From: an uncultured Candidatus Saccharibacteria bacterium
Lineage (GTDB): Bacteria > Patescibacteriota > Minisyncoccia > Phycocordibacterales > UBA9973
Direction of reading: 5' to 3'
Length of the DNA stretch: 64,000 bases
Assembly: GCA_964502615.1 (NCBI GenBank)
Contig: CAZCXF010000001.1
Span: 151,516-215,515, forward strand
Shown here: positions 1 to 10,146 of the stretch, in pieces
Numbering within the stretch: the first letter of the stretch is position 1
Layout of the letters: every line of letters begins with the position of its first letter
The notes under the pieces: generated by a model
What the model was told of the DNA's origin: nothing
The model's database searches: none
Seen by the model: only the letters and a program-made list of their open reading frames with translations
Position numbers and translations under genes: made by a program

Positions 1-188
1 TATTACTGGTGAATGCCAGAAGCTGTATTTACTTTTCTTCTTGAATTGTGCCATAAAATATGTATAATTATAACATGATTTTCAGCAAGAAGAGCCAAAA
101 GAGAATGAGAACAGCTTTTACTGTAATATCCATTATAGTTATAGTTAGTATGATTCTACTTTACATGCCAATATTCAATCAGTAAGGC

Positions 189-2003
189 TTAATTATCTTT
201 ACTTCTCATCATTTTCAAAAAGACATCATGCGAGATGTTTATTTTAGCGTTTGCTTGCATTCTCTTCTTACCCTTTTTCTGTTTTTCTAAAAGTTTTTTC
301 TTACGACTAATATCTCCTCCTCCGACAACTTTACTTCCATGCATTAAAACATCTTTACGGAAAGCTGATACAGCTTCCGATGCGATTATTCTACCTAGAG
401 CCTTACCTTGTATTTTAAAAGCAAATTGCTGGCGAGGTATAATCTTTTGAAGTTTTTCAACTTGATTACGTGCCTCTTCTTCAACTCTACGACGAGACAC
501 TACTCTACAAAATGCAACCATCGGCTCGTCAGCAACAATAATATCAAGCCTTACAACATCAGCTTCCTTGTACTCACCTATTTCATAAGAGATAGAAGCG
601 TAACCAGAAGTAATACTCTTCATATCGTCAAAAAAGTTACGCATAAGTTCTCGTAGAGGCATATCTAAAGTTATAGATGATCTATTGTCTCCAAAATTTT
701 CAGTTGAACTTACAACAGCTTCGTGGTCATAGAAAAACGGCATGAGAACACTTGTATATATAGACGGACTAATTATCTTTACATGAACCCATGGTTCAAA
801 AACTTTTACAATATTTCCATCATCTGGAAATAGATGCGGTGAGTATATCATCTCTTCCTTACCATTTCGCAAAACAACTTTGTAAGTTATAGAAGGCATG
901 GTAACAATTAGCTCCAAATCAAACTCTCGATTTAATCTCTCTGTAATTATTTCCAGGTGGAGCATTCCCAAAAAACCACACCTAAAACCGCGTCCAAGCG
1001 TACCAGAAGACTCTTCTTCATATGAAAAGGATGAATCAGACAATCTTAGTCGTCCTAAGGCTTGTTTGAGATCTGGAAAATCATCCTGACTCTCAGGATA
1101 GACACTAGCCCATACCACAGGTCTAGGATTCATATAACCAGGTAACGCCTCTAGAGGCTTTTTAGCATAAGTTATAGTATCTCCTACAGAAGCAATACCC
1201 GGCTTTTTAATACCAGTTACAATATAGCCAATCTCTCCAATTGAAATTTTATCTCTAGGCATTTCCTCTGGCGAAAAAGTCCCAACCTCAAGAGCTATAA
1301 ACTTTTCTGCAGATACTGCAAAAAGAAGTGATTCATTCCTTCTAAATTCACCGTCTATAACTCTCACATAGACAATAACTCCTCTATGGTTGTCATATTT
1401 AAAATCAAAAACAAGTGCTCTACCAGAACCTACAACAATTTCATTTTCTTTTGGAGATGGAACTCTTTTTGTAATTTCATCTAATAAATGCGCAACGCCT
1501 TCTCCAGTTTTACCAGAAACCAAAAGTATCGTATCTGGATCAATATTAAGAAGTAAAGCAACTTCCATTTTTACTTCATCTACACGCGCAAGCGGAGAAT
1601 CTATTTTTGATATCACTGGTATTATAACCAAGCCTGAATCGCGGGCCATCTGTAGAGTCGTAAGAGTTTGTGCTTGAACTCCTTGAGTACCATCTACCAA
1701 AAGTATAGATCCTTCTACGGCCTTAAGCGCTCTTGAAACTTCATATGAAAAATCTATATGCCCAGGAGTATCAATCAAATTAAGAATATAATTTTCACCA
1801 TCAACTTTATATTCCATCCTAACAGGTTGCATCTTAATAGTAATGCCCCGTTCACGCTCTAGTTCCATCGAATCTAAAACTTGGTCTTTCATTTTACGTT
1901 TTTCAATAGTACCTGTAACTTCAAGCATTCGATCTGCAAGAGTCGATTTTCCGTGGTCTATATGGGCAATAATACTAAAATTACGTATGTGTTTTATATC
2001 CAT
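189..2003 (-). CDS. lepA: Translation elongation factor 4 (LepA), GTPase
   Basis: N-terminal 'FSIIAHIDHGKSTLADR' G-domain and full-length LepA architecture (604 aa). The plus-strand ORFs inside it are antisense artefacts. Confidence 0.95.
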   Translation of the reverse strand: MDIKHIRNFSIIAHIDHGKSTLADRMLEVTGTIEKRKMKDQVLDSMELERERGITIKMQPVRMEYKVDGENYILNLIDTPGHIDFSYEVSRALKAVEGSILLVDGTQGVQAQTLTTLQMARDSGLVIIPVISKIDSPLARVDEVKMEVALLLNIDPDTILLVSGKTGEGVAHLLDEITKRVPSPKENEIVVGSGRALVFDFKYDNHRGVIVYVRVIDGEFRRNESLLFAVSAEKFIALEVGTFSPEEMPRDKISIGEIGYIVTGIKKPGIASVGDTITYAKKPLEALPGYMNPRPVVWASVYPESQDDFPDLKQALGRLRLSDSSFSYEEESSGTLGRGFRCGFLGMLHLEIITERLNREFDLELIVTMPSITYKVVLRNGKEEMIYSPHLFPDDGNIVKVFEPWVHVKIISPSIYTSVLMPFFYDHEAVVSSTENFGDNRSSITLDMPLRELMRNFFDDMKSITSGYASISYEIGEYKEADVVRLDIIVADEPMVAFCRVVSRRRVEEEARNQVEKLQKIIPRQQFAFKIQGKALGRIIASEAVSAFRKDVLMHGSKVVGGGDISRKKKLLEKQKKGKKRMQANAKINISHDVFLKMMRSKDN

Positions 2004-2045
2004 TACCTACCTATCCTATCAGAAAAGGCCTGAAAATAAAAGATA

Positions 2046-3734
2046 TTATAGCTCTCCTTGCTCAGGAGCAATAACGCGACTCTTCCAGAACTTATGACTA
2101 AGTGTTTTTATTAGATCAGCAAGTTCGCGATTTTTCATTAGATAAAGAGCTAGTCCTCCAAAACTAATACCTATTAGTCCTGAAAATAAACCTTGGAAAA
2201 ATATTCCTCTTCCTGTTGTTATGTTAAATACGTCATCAAATACACCAAGGAAAAAATAAGCAACTAGACCCATAATTATAGAACCGACAAAACTCTGTAT
2301 AAAAGTTTTAAATAATTTTGATGATTGGCCTTTTAAAAAATCTCTTTTGAATAAAAACCAAATTAAGAAAAAGTTTAGTATTGAGCCGCAAGCATATGCA
2401 AGCGGAAGTGCTAACATCATAGTTCCAGGAACACCATAGACACGCAACAACATTTCTAAGTTGTTCATTAGGTTTGAATTGTGGCCTAGTACATAAATAA
2501 AAAGATAAGCAAAAACAATAATCATTACCGAAGAAAAGATATTTATAATTAGGGGTTTTTTTGTGTTTGAAGCTGCATAGTAACCACGTACAAACAAAAG
2601 CACTAAAGATTGAGATGCAAGCGAAATAACAAACAAAGCAGCTGAAGCAGCGGTTAATCTTGTATCTGACCAAGAAAAAGAATTAGAACCAAGCACGACA
2701 CGAACAATTTGAGCTCGAAGAACTATCATTAAGACAATTACTGGGAATGACCAGAAAATAATATGCCTGGCAGCGTTTAAAATGTAGTTGGTATAACCAC
2801 TTATATCTTTGGTAGAAAAAGATTTAACAAGTACCGGAAAAGCTGCTACTGAATAAGAGATTCCGATAATACCGACTGGGACTGATTGTAGATTGTAAGC
2901 AAAAGTAAAAAGTGATATAGAGCCAGATTTTATGGTTGAAGCCATTGCTATAAGAGCAATAAATGCCAAGCTATTGCAAGACAATGTTAGAGTTCTTGGA
3001 GCTGAGAGTTTAACAACATCTAAAATTTCTTTCCAATTTATTTTAGGAATAATTCTAGGGAAAAATCCATGGCTAATTACTATTGGAACTTGAATAAACA
3101 AATGCATAATTGCACCTAAAACAACACCGATAGCAAGCCCATATACACCAAATTTTGGATATATAAAAACTATGCCAAATAAAATACCGATATTGTAGAA
3201 GATTGGCGATAAAGAGAAAACAAAAAAATTCTTAAACAACTGAGTAATGGTTCCAATTAAGTTAGACAATCCTATGAAAATTGGAGACAGGAGCATTATG
3301 CGACTCGTTGTGATTAGTAGGGCAAATTGCTCTTCACTAAAACCTGGTGCAATATAATGAGCAATGTAAGGCATAAATATTGCAACTAGGATACTTATTA
3401 GCACCATAAATAACATATATGCGCTAAATACATTATTTATAAACTTACGAGCCTTTTCTTTGCCATCACTATCAGAATTTATTTTATCAGCCAGAAATGG
3501 CATCAAGACTGTAACTGATGCGAGAGATGCTACAGAAATATAAAGAAAGTCTGGAATACGAAAAGCTGCATAATAAATATCGAGCGTTGGACCCGCTCCC
3601 ACAATGTGAGCTAAAGTTCTATCACGAACAAGACCAAGTAACTGAGACAGAAAAGCAAAGCCGCCAAGCATGAGGGCGGCTTCGTTTACTCCATGAAATT
3701 CTTTATTTAGGAATGTCAGAATACGCTTAACCAT
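2046..3734 (-). CDS. murJ: Lipid II flippase MurJ (MviN family)
   Basis: 562-aa polytopic membrane protein. N-terminus 'LMLGGFAFLSQLLGLVRDRTLAHIVGAG...YYAAFRIPDFLY' is typical of MurJ/MviN. Confidence 0.85.
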   Translation of the reverse strand: MVKRILTFLNKEFHGVNEAALMLGGFAFLSQLLGLVRDRTLAHIVGAGPTLDIYYAAFRIPDFLYISVASLASVTVLMPFLADKINSDSDGKEKARKFINNVFSAYMLFMVLISILVAIFMPYIAHYIAPGFSEEQFALLITTSRIMLLSPIFIGLSNLIGTITQLFKNFFVFSLSPIFYNIGILFGIVFIYPKFGVYGLAIGVVLGAIMHLFIQVPIVISHGFFPRIIPKINWKEILDVVKLSAPRTLTLSCNSLAFIALIAMASTIKSGSISLFTFAYNLQSVPVGIIGISYSVAAFPVLVKSFSTKDISGYTNYILNAARHIIFWSFPVIVLMIVLRAQIVRVVLGSNSFSWSDTRLTAASAALFVISLASQSLVLLFVRGYYAASNTKKPLIINIFSSVMIIVFAYLFIYVLGHNSNLMNNLEMLLRVYGVPGTMMLALPLAYACGSILNFFLIWFLFKRDFLKGQSSKLFKTFIQSFVGSIIMGLVAYFFLGVFDDVFNITTGRGIFFQGLFSGLIGISFGGLALYLMKNRELADLIKTLSHKFWKSRVIAPEQGEL

Positions 3735-3745
3735 TTAGATATGGA

Positions 3746-6109
3746 TTAATGCTGAGCTGGTAATGGAGGTTTTACTGTTTTTGTATTATTTGTCTTTGTA
3801 TTAGTGTCTGTAGCTTTTTTATCTGTAGATGATTGAGTTCCTGATAATGAACTTAAGGCATCTTTAACATCTTGGTTGTCTGGTAATACTTTTGCTATTG
3901 CATTAAATTGTGCACGGGCATCCTCAGTACGTCCGACTTTCTGATATGACTGACCTAGCAAGAAGTGAGCATTTAGATATTGTGGATCTAGAATCACAGC
4001 TCTCTCAAAAGCACTGATTGCTCCTGTGTAATCAGAGTTATTGTAACGTAGTAATCCAAGTCTAAAGAATACACTTGAATCATTTGGACTAAGGGAGCTT
4101 GCTTTCTCAGCTTGCTTTATAGCCCCAGCTAGATTCCCTTCACTTGTTTGAATCTGAGCAAGTAAGAAAATTGCATCAGTATAATCAGCTTTTAGTTCTA
4201 GAGCTTGATCAATGAATTTTTTCGCCTCATCGTTATTCTTTTTAGCGAACTCAAGTGTTGCGCGAGCAAGTATTATAGCTGGGTTGTTTGGAGCAAGAGC
4301 TTTAGCTTTATCATAAGCAGCAACCGCACTCTCGTAACTATTTGTAACTTGAAGTGGTACTAAAGAACTGTATATATTACCAAGGTTTAAGTAGTTCTGG
4401 TATTGTTTTGGATTCTGAGCAACAGCAGCATTGGCAGAAGTTTCTGCAGAGTTAACTAGTCTCTGAACACTTGTCTTTAATGTATCCTCTGAAACACTTT
4501 TATCATTGACTAATAAACCAATTTCAGCAATGTATATTTGAGAAAGAGTTCTGTAATAAATATCATTTTGATCGAGCAATAATGCATTTGACATCATTCT
4601 CTCTGACTTTGATAGAGATTCTAGTGAATTTGAACTAACTGAACCTTTTGAGAAATATATGATTGAAGCAAATTTTTCAGCGTACAAGTATGTTGTAGAA
4701 AGAGTTACAATCATTAGAACCATCAAACCTAGTATTGAGAAGAAGCTATTGCGAGGGTCTCCCAAGAAAGAAAAATGTTTAGATTGAACGCTTTGATTAT
4801 ATACAAGGATACCCAACAATAAACCAGTAGAAGTAAAAGCTATACTAAACATCAAGAAATTTGGAGTGTAAACAGCAACGACAACCCAAGAATATATTGA
4901 AGTGAGTAGCGTGGTTATTGTGAAGTAATTTGACATAGAGCTAGACAACGCCTTTCTCAATGACTTAATGACTCTTAAAACAAAATTGAATAAGAAGTAT
5001 AACCAAGCTAGGATTCCCAAAATACCAGTAGTTACTGCAAAGGTCATTAGAGAACTAAAGCCATTTGCAAAATCTACATTCCAGAAAACTGATTGTGCAA
5101 CTTCTTTTGGTTGCCACAAAGCCCAGTCAATATTGAAAGTATTTGGACCTGTACCAAAAAGTGGATTGTGCTTTATTGATTTCAAAGCAATTTGTGAAGT
5201 TGTAGATACTAGAGGATGCACATCTATGTTTTGAACACTCAAGTATCTAGCTATCAAATTACCAATAGAACTATTCCCAACTAGGAAAATCAAACATACA
5301 AAGATAACTATTAGAGAAGTAAATGGGAACTTTTTCTTACCTTCATCTGTGTGTACTACTTTAACTCCAGCTTGTTGGATAGATATACTGTAGACAAACA
5401 TAACAATAGAGAATAAAGCGACCAAAACCCAGACGAGTGGAATGTTTATAACTATCAAGAAAAATAAACCTGATACAATCAAGAAATATTGTATGAATAG
5501 TATATATCCTTTTGTTCTTAAAAATTCAACAGTAGCAAGAGATACAAGGACAAGTAAGCCAAATAGTATTGCGAAATCATTCCAAGATCCAACCAAGTTC
5601 CCAGAAGATACGCCTTTTAGTAGTCCTGGTGCAAAACGTCCAAAACCTATGAACATATTTATGATCTCAAACAAGGCAAGTATAGCTCCACCAATAAGTA
5701 ATGATAGGAAAAATGCCCAGATCCTCTTTTCAGTTTGGAAGTATATTGAAGATAGGAAGAATATTATAAATAGAACAAGCATTGAACCAAAAGTTCCTAG
5801 CTCAAATCCACTACCAAATAGAGATACGTATTTAGAAGAAGAGAAAAAAGACGAAAGCAAAAATACAACAGGAATAGCTGCACCTGCAACTATAAGTTTA
5901 TCTTTTGGAAAAGAAAACTTACCTTCTCCAAGTCTCGCAATCAACCAGAAGAATAGAGCAAGTGTTGCTCCAACTGAAATAAGAAATCCTTTACTTGCTT
6001 CGAGTGTAACTGGTACGTAAGGGATGAAGAAGAACAGACTTAAAAATATTGTGGCTAATAATGTAGTGAATGAGAGTTTATTAAAAAATTCAACTTTTTT
6101 TGATTCCAT
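3746..6109 (-). CDS. Polytopic membrane protein with an O-antigen-ligase-like (Wzy_C-type) N-terminal region and C-terminal TPR repeats
   Basis: About 12 predicted TM helices in the first roughly 480 aa. The C-terminal 300 aa hold repeated TPR-like 34-aa units (AxxYxxAxALAPNNP..., LGQSYQKVGRTEDA...) and a Thr/Lys-rich tail. Confidence 0.55.
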   Translation of the reverse strand: MESKKVEFFNKLSFTTLLATIFLSLFFFIPYVPVTLEASKGFLISVGATLALFFWLIARLGEGKFSFPKDKLIVAGAAIPVVFLLSSFFSSSKYVSLFGSGFELGTFGSMLVLFIIFFLSSIYFQTEKRIWAFFLSLLIGGAILALFEIINMFIGFGRFAPGLLKGVSSGNLVGSWNDFAILFGLLVLVSLATVEFLRTKGYILFIQYFLIVSGLFFLIVINIPLVWVLVALFSIVMFVYSISIQQAGVKVVHTDEGKKKFPFTSLIVIFVCLIFLVGNSSIGNLIARYLSVQNIDVHPLVSTTSQIALKSIKHNPLFGTGPNTFNIDWALWQPKEVAQSVFWNVDFANGFSSLMTFAVTTGILGILAWLYFLFNFVLRVIKSLRKALSSSMSNYFTITTLLTSIYSWVVVAVYTPNFLMFSIAFTSTGLLLGILVYNQSVQSKHFSFLGDPRNSFFSILGLMVLMIVTLSTTYLYAEKFASIIYFSKGSVSSNSLESLSKSERMMSNALLLDQNDIYYRTLSQIYIAEIGLLVNDKSVSEDTLKTSVQRLVNSAETSANAAVAQNPKQYQNYLNLGNIYSSLVPLQVTNSYESAVAAYDKAKALAPNNPAIILARATLEFAKKNNDEAKKFIDQALELKADYTDAIFLLAQIQTSEGNLAGAIKQAEKASSLSPNDSSVFFRLGLLRYNNSDYTGAISAFERAVILDPQYLNAHFLLGQSYQKVGRTEDARAQFNAIAKVLPDNQDVKDALSSLSGTQSSTDKKATDTNTKTNNTKTVKPPLPAQH

Positions 6110-6168
6110 ACTTGTCTTTTTTGCTTATATATTAATGTGATAATTATACACGACTTCCTTTTATAATA

Positions 6169-9027
6169 CTAGGCAACAATATTCACAAGTCTACCCTTTA
6201 CATATATGACTCTCTTAACCTCTTTCCCTTCTATCCAAGGCAGGACTGCTTTGTCTTTAATTGCCATAGATTTTAGAGATTCTTCGTCTATATCAGGATT
6301 TATCATAACCTCAGAACGAACCTTACCATTGACCTGAATGACTATTTTAATAGAGCTATCAACAATCTTCTTTTTGTCCCATTTAGGCCACTTGGATAGA
6401 TGAATAGATTTTTTCTCGCCAAGTTCTCTCCATATCTCCTCACTTATATGTGGAGCAAAAGGAGCGAGTATCTGTAAGAAAATTTTAAAATCTTTTTTTG
6501 AAATATTTTTTGATTTTTCTATTTCATTAACCAAAACCATCATAGAAGAAATTGCAGTATTGAAACTCATTGATTCTATATCTTCTGTTATTTTTTTTAT
6601 TGTTTTATGCAGCAAGGTTTCCAATTCTTTTTCTGAAGTTTTTGAAAATTCATTTTGAGCAATTCTCCAAACCTTCTCCAAGAAACGTCGTGATCCAATA
6701 ATACTCTCTGTACTCCAAGATACTGCCTGATCAAATGGTCCAATAAACATCTCATACACTCGCAAAGTATCTGCTCCATAGAGTTTAACTATATCTTTAG
6801 GATCGATAGTATTACCAAGTGATTTAGACATTTTAGCTCCACCTTCGGCAAGTATCATACCGTGGCTTGTTCGCTTCATATATGGCTCACTAGTTGGTAC
6901 AAGCTTCAAATCATATAAAAACTTATGCCAAAAGCGCGAATATAGTAAGTGTAGAGTTGTATGCTCCATTCCCCCGTTGTACCAATCTACTCCGTTTTTC
7001 ATCCAGTATTTCAATGCCTTTTTACTAGCAAACTCTTTATTGTTTTTTGGGTCGACATATCGCAAAAAGTACCAAGAAGAACCAGCCCAGTTTGGCATAG
7101 TGTCTGTTTCTCTTTTTGCTTTACCTTTACATTTTGGGCATTTAGTATTTACCCATTTATCTATGATAGCAAGCGGGCTCTCGCCGTTATCTGTAGGCAT
7201 GTAAGATTTTACTTTCGGTAAAGTTACTGGCAAATCTTTTTCTGGAACCGGAACATATCCACATTTTTCACAATGAACTATTGGAATAGGCTCACCCCAG
7301 TAACGCTGTCTTGAAAATACCCAATCACGAAGTTTGTATTTTGTTACAATTTTTCCACCAACAGCTTCAGTGATTTTCTTTTTAGCTTCCTCTGAAGTAA
7401 TACCGTTAAATTTTTCTGAATTTGAAAGAACGCCATAACCTGTATACACCTGATTTAAATTGTTTAATAAATCCCATATTCTTAAAGACGATTGCTCGTG
7501 AACAAAATTTTTTACTTCCTCTTTTTTTACCCAAAAAACATCATGCTTAGCTTTTTCTTCTTCAACCATTTCTTCTCTTTTATCACTTTGCAATTCAAAA
7601 TACATACCTTTAAAATGTGCGTATCTATTTAAATTTTTTGGTGTGTGGAAAAATTTACTATGATATTGTCCCCCAACCTGTTTTATAAATTTTAAATCTA
7701 AATAACCTGTCTCTTCTCGAACTTCCATTCGAGATGCTTCTTCAGCTGTCTGACCTTCTTCAATACCACCAGTAACAAAAGTTCTCCAATCAACCTTTTT
7801 CCATTTAAGACACAAGTATTTATCCTCACTCCAGTGTTTAACAATAACATCCACAACATTCCTTTCTATAAAAGGCAATCCGTCTTTGGGTTTTGAACTT
7901 TCTGAAGTATCAATGAAAAGAGGTTCAATAACTTCCTTGACTGGTAGTTTATATTTCTGTGCAAATACAAAATCCCTTTCATCATGAGCTGGTACTGCCA
8001 TTACAGCTCCTGTACCATAACTTGCAAGCACATAATCCGCAATCCATATAGGCACTTCCTCATTATTTGCAGGATTTATGGCTTTCAAACCCTTAACTTC
8101 AATACCAGTTTTCTCTTTTTCTTCTGAGGTACGATCAAGTTCGGATTTATTTTTGATTTCAGAAATATATTTTTCTATTTCTGTTTTATTTATAACACCT
8201 GAATCAAATGTTAAAATTGTTTTCTCTACAAGTGGATGCTCTGGTGCAAGTACAACGTAAGTAACACCAAAAAGAGTATCCGCGCGAGTTGTGAATACTT
8301 TTATTTTTTCATTTGTATTTTTTATTTTAAAATCTATTTCACTACCTTCACTTTTCCCTATCCAGTTCCTCTGTTGAATTTTTATCTTTTCTAGGTAGTC
8401 TACCTTATCAAGATCGCTATCTAGTCTATCTGCGTATTTTGTAATTGCGAGCATCCATTGCTCCTTTTCTTTCTTAACTACTTCAGTACCACAACGCTCA
8501 CAACACCCATTTACCACTTCTTCATTTGCAAGACCTATTTTATCTTTGGGACACCAGTTTATAACGCTCCTAGCCTTGTAAGCTAAGCCTTTTTTGTATA
8601 ATTGCAAAAATATCCATTGCGTCCATTTATAATATTCAGGGTCAGTTGTGTTTACTTCCCGAGACCAGTCAAATCCAAAGCCTATTTCTTTGAGTTGCTT
8701 ACGAAATACATCTGTATTTTGTTTAGTAACTTTTTCTGGTTGAATACCTGTCTTTATTGCATAGTTTTCCGTTGGCAATCCAAATGCGTCCCAACCTATT
8801 GGAAAAAGAGTATTATATCCTTCCATGCGACGCTTGCGAGTGATTATATCCATCGCAGTATTTGATCTAATATGCCCCACGTGAAGGCCAGCACCAGATG
8901 GATATGGGAATTCTATTAAGCCATAGAATTTTTTACCGCTAGTACTATTTTTTGCTTGGTAAATTTTCTTTTTATCCCATTCATTCTGCCATTTCTTTTC
9001 AATTTTTGAGTGATCGTAATTTTTCAT
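6169..9027 (-). CDS. leuS: Leucyl-tRNA synthetase with an in-frame Nudix hydrolase domain insertion
   Basis: HIGH ('AGLHVGHIRS') and KMSKS motifs, the editing-domain region 'AHDERDFVFAQKYKLP' and the C-terminal LeuRS region are all present. About 150 aa are inserted after the editing domain and carry a canonical Nudix box 'GGIEEGQTAEEASRMEVREETGY'. Confidence 0.95.
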   Translation of the reverse strand: MKNYDHSKIEKKWQNEWDKKKIYQAKNSTSGKKFYGLIEFPYPSGAGLHVGHIRSNTAMDIITRKRRMEGYNTLFPIGWDAFGLPTENYAIKTGIQPEKVTKQNTDVFRKQLKEIGFGFDWSREVNTTDPEYYKWTQWIFLQLYKKGLAYKARSVINWCPKDKIGLANEEVVNGCCERCGTEVVKKEKEQWMLAITKYADRLDSDLDKVDYLEKIKIQQRNWIGKSEGSEIDFKIKNTNEKIKVFTTRADTLFGVTYVVLAPEHPLVEKTILTFDSGVINKTEIEKYISEIKNKSELDRTSEEKEKTGIEVKGLKAINPANNEEVPIWIADYVLASYGTGAVMAVPAHDERDFVFAQKYKLPVKEVIEPLFIDTSESSKPKDGLPFIERNVVDVIVKHWSEDKYLCLKWKKVDWRTFVTGGIEEGQTAEEASRMEVREETGYLDLKFIKQVGGQYHSKFFHTPKNLNRYAHFKGMYFELQSDKREEMVEEEKAKHDVFWVKKEEVKNFVHEQSSLRIWDLLNNLNQVYTGYGVLSNSEKFNGITSEEAKKKITEAVGGKIVTKYKLRDWVFSRQRYWGEPIPIVHCEKCGYVPVPEKDLPVTLPKVKSYMPTDNGESPLAIIDKWVNTKCPKCKGKAKRETDTMPNWAGSSWYFLRYVDPKNNKEFASKKALKYWMKNGVDWYNGGMEHTTLHLLYSRFWHKFLYDLKLVPTSEPYMKRTSHGMILAEGGAKMSKSLGNTIDPKDIVKLYGADTLRVYEMFIGPFDQAVSWSTESIIGSRRFLEKVWRIAQNEFSKTSEKELETLLHKTIKKITEDIESMSFNTAISSMMVLVNEIEKSKNISKKDFKIFLQILAPFAPHISEEIWRELGEKKSIHLSKWPKWDKKKIVDSSIKIVIQVNGKVRSEVMINPDIDEESLKSMAIKDKAVLPWIEGKEVKRVIYVKGRLVNIVA

Positions 9028-9030
9028 TTT

Positions 9031-9600
9031 TTACTTTCCAAATTTCTTAACTGCAAGCCAGATCAGTGCAGCAAGTGCAGCTCCCAAGATAATAACTCTT
9101 ACTATACTATCCGCACTCCCCCAATACCTCATGGATGCAATGACTAATGAAAGTACTCCACTCCATGAAAATGCAATCGATAGAAGAGATACACCTATAA
9201 AGGCACCAGATAAAATAACAAGTACTCCAAGAGATACTAATATAACAAATACATTTCTACTGTAGATTTTTGAAGCATTGTCGTATTTTTTCTGACAAGT
9301 ATAAGTTGAATTGCAGTAGCCAGTTATTTCAGTTTTCTTTGCGTTTGTTATTTTTGTATCAACTGGAACAACTTGCTCACTCCACATACCACCATTTTCT
9401 AAACATTGACCCTTGTTGTCATATGCTCTGTTGTAAACATCTGCTGGGCAGTATTTATCGTAGCTTGGTTCTGTATAAACTAGAGATGTAGCATAATTGA
9501 AAAACAAGTTAGTAACAATAACAATAGCAATAATCAATGCCCACTTAAGGACATTTCCCTGCTTTTTTGGTTCTACTTTTATTTCATTTATATTATCCAT
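9031..9600 (-). CDS. Hypothetical membrane protein (N-terminal TM, Cys-containing extracytoplasmic segment, C-terminal TM pair)
   Basis: ORF with hydrophobic segments. It sits 4 nt downstream of leuS on the same strand. Confidence 0.5.
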   Translation of the reverse strand: MDNINEIKVEPKKQGNVLKWALIIAIVIVTNLFFNYATSLVYTEPSYDKYCPADVYNRAYDNKGQCLENGGMWSEQVVPVDTKITNAKKTEITGYCNSTYTCQKKYDNASKIYSRNVFVILVSLGVLVILSGAFIGVSLLSIAFSWSGVLSLVIASMRYWGSADSIVRVIILGAALAALIWLAVKKFGK

Positions 9601-9644
9601 AATTCCTTTATTATAACAGAAAAAGGTGTATAATATAAGGACTT

Positions 9645-10142
9645 ATGCAACGCCTTAGAAAAAAATCTGAAGAGAGACTCGGGCGCGCCGCAGCTAATGC
9701 GACGAGATGGATAGGGTCTACAAAATCGCTAATTGTACATACACTACTATTTATAGTGTCTTTTTCATTATATTTCTTTGGTTTTGAATTTGATAAGATC
9801 TTGCTTGTTGTTACTACAATAGTGTCTTTGGAGGCCATTTACTTATCAATATTTATTCAGATAAGTGTAAATAACCAAGCTAAGCACTTGGACGAAGTTG
9901 CTGAAGACCTTGGTGAAATTCAGGAAGATGTGGAAGGAATTGAAAAAGATATTGACGAGATTCAGGAAGATGTGGAAGAGATTCAGGAAGATGTGGATGA
10001 AATCCAAGAAGATGTGGGAGAAGTAGACGAGTTAGACCAAAAACGCGATGAAGCAATGCTCTCAAAAATTGAAGGAACCTTGCAAATGCTGATTGGAGAA
10101 ATAAACGCACTTAAAAAACAACAGGAAGATAAAAACAAGTAG
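9645..10142 (+). CDS. DUF1003-like membrane protein with an acidic heptad-repeat tail
   Basis: Two TM helices followed by 'SLEAIYLSIFIQISVNNQ', typical of DUF1003. The C-terminus is built from tandem 'EIQEDVE' repeats encoded by a 21-nt DNA tandem repeat. Confidence 0.6.
   Translation: MQRLRKKSEERLGRAAANATRWIGSTKSLIVHTLLFIVSFSLYFFGFEFDKILLVVTTIVSLEAIYLSIFIQISVNNQAKHLDEVAEDLGEIQEDVEGIEKDIDEIQEDVEEIQEDVDEIQEDVGEVDELDQKRDEAMLSKIEGTLQMLIGEINALKKQQEDKNK
9914..10027 (+). repeat. Imperfect tandem 21-nt repeat (about 5 copies of GAGATTCAGGAAGATGTGGAA) inside the DUF1003-like gene
   Basis: Read directly. It encodes 'EIQEDVE' heptads. Confidence 0.8.
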
Positions 10143-10146
10143 ATAA

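Noticed and set aside
235-2097. Plus-strand ORFs (235..450, 408..656, 898..1089, 1390..1677, 1843..2097) inside lepA
   Set aside because: They are antisense to a highly conserved, full-length lepA coding region, have no motifs and low-complexity translations. They are typical shadow ORFs.
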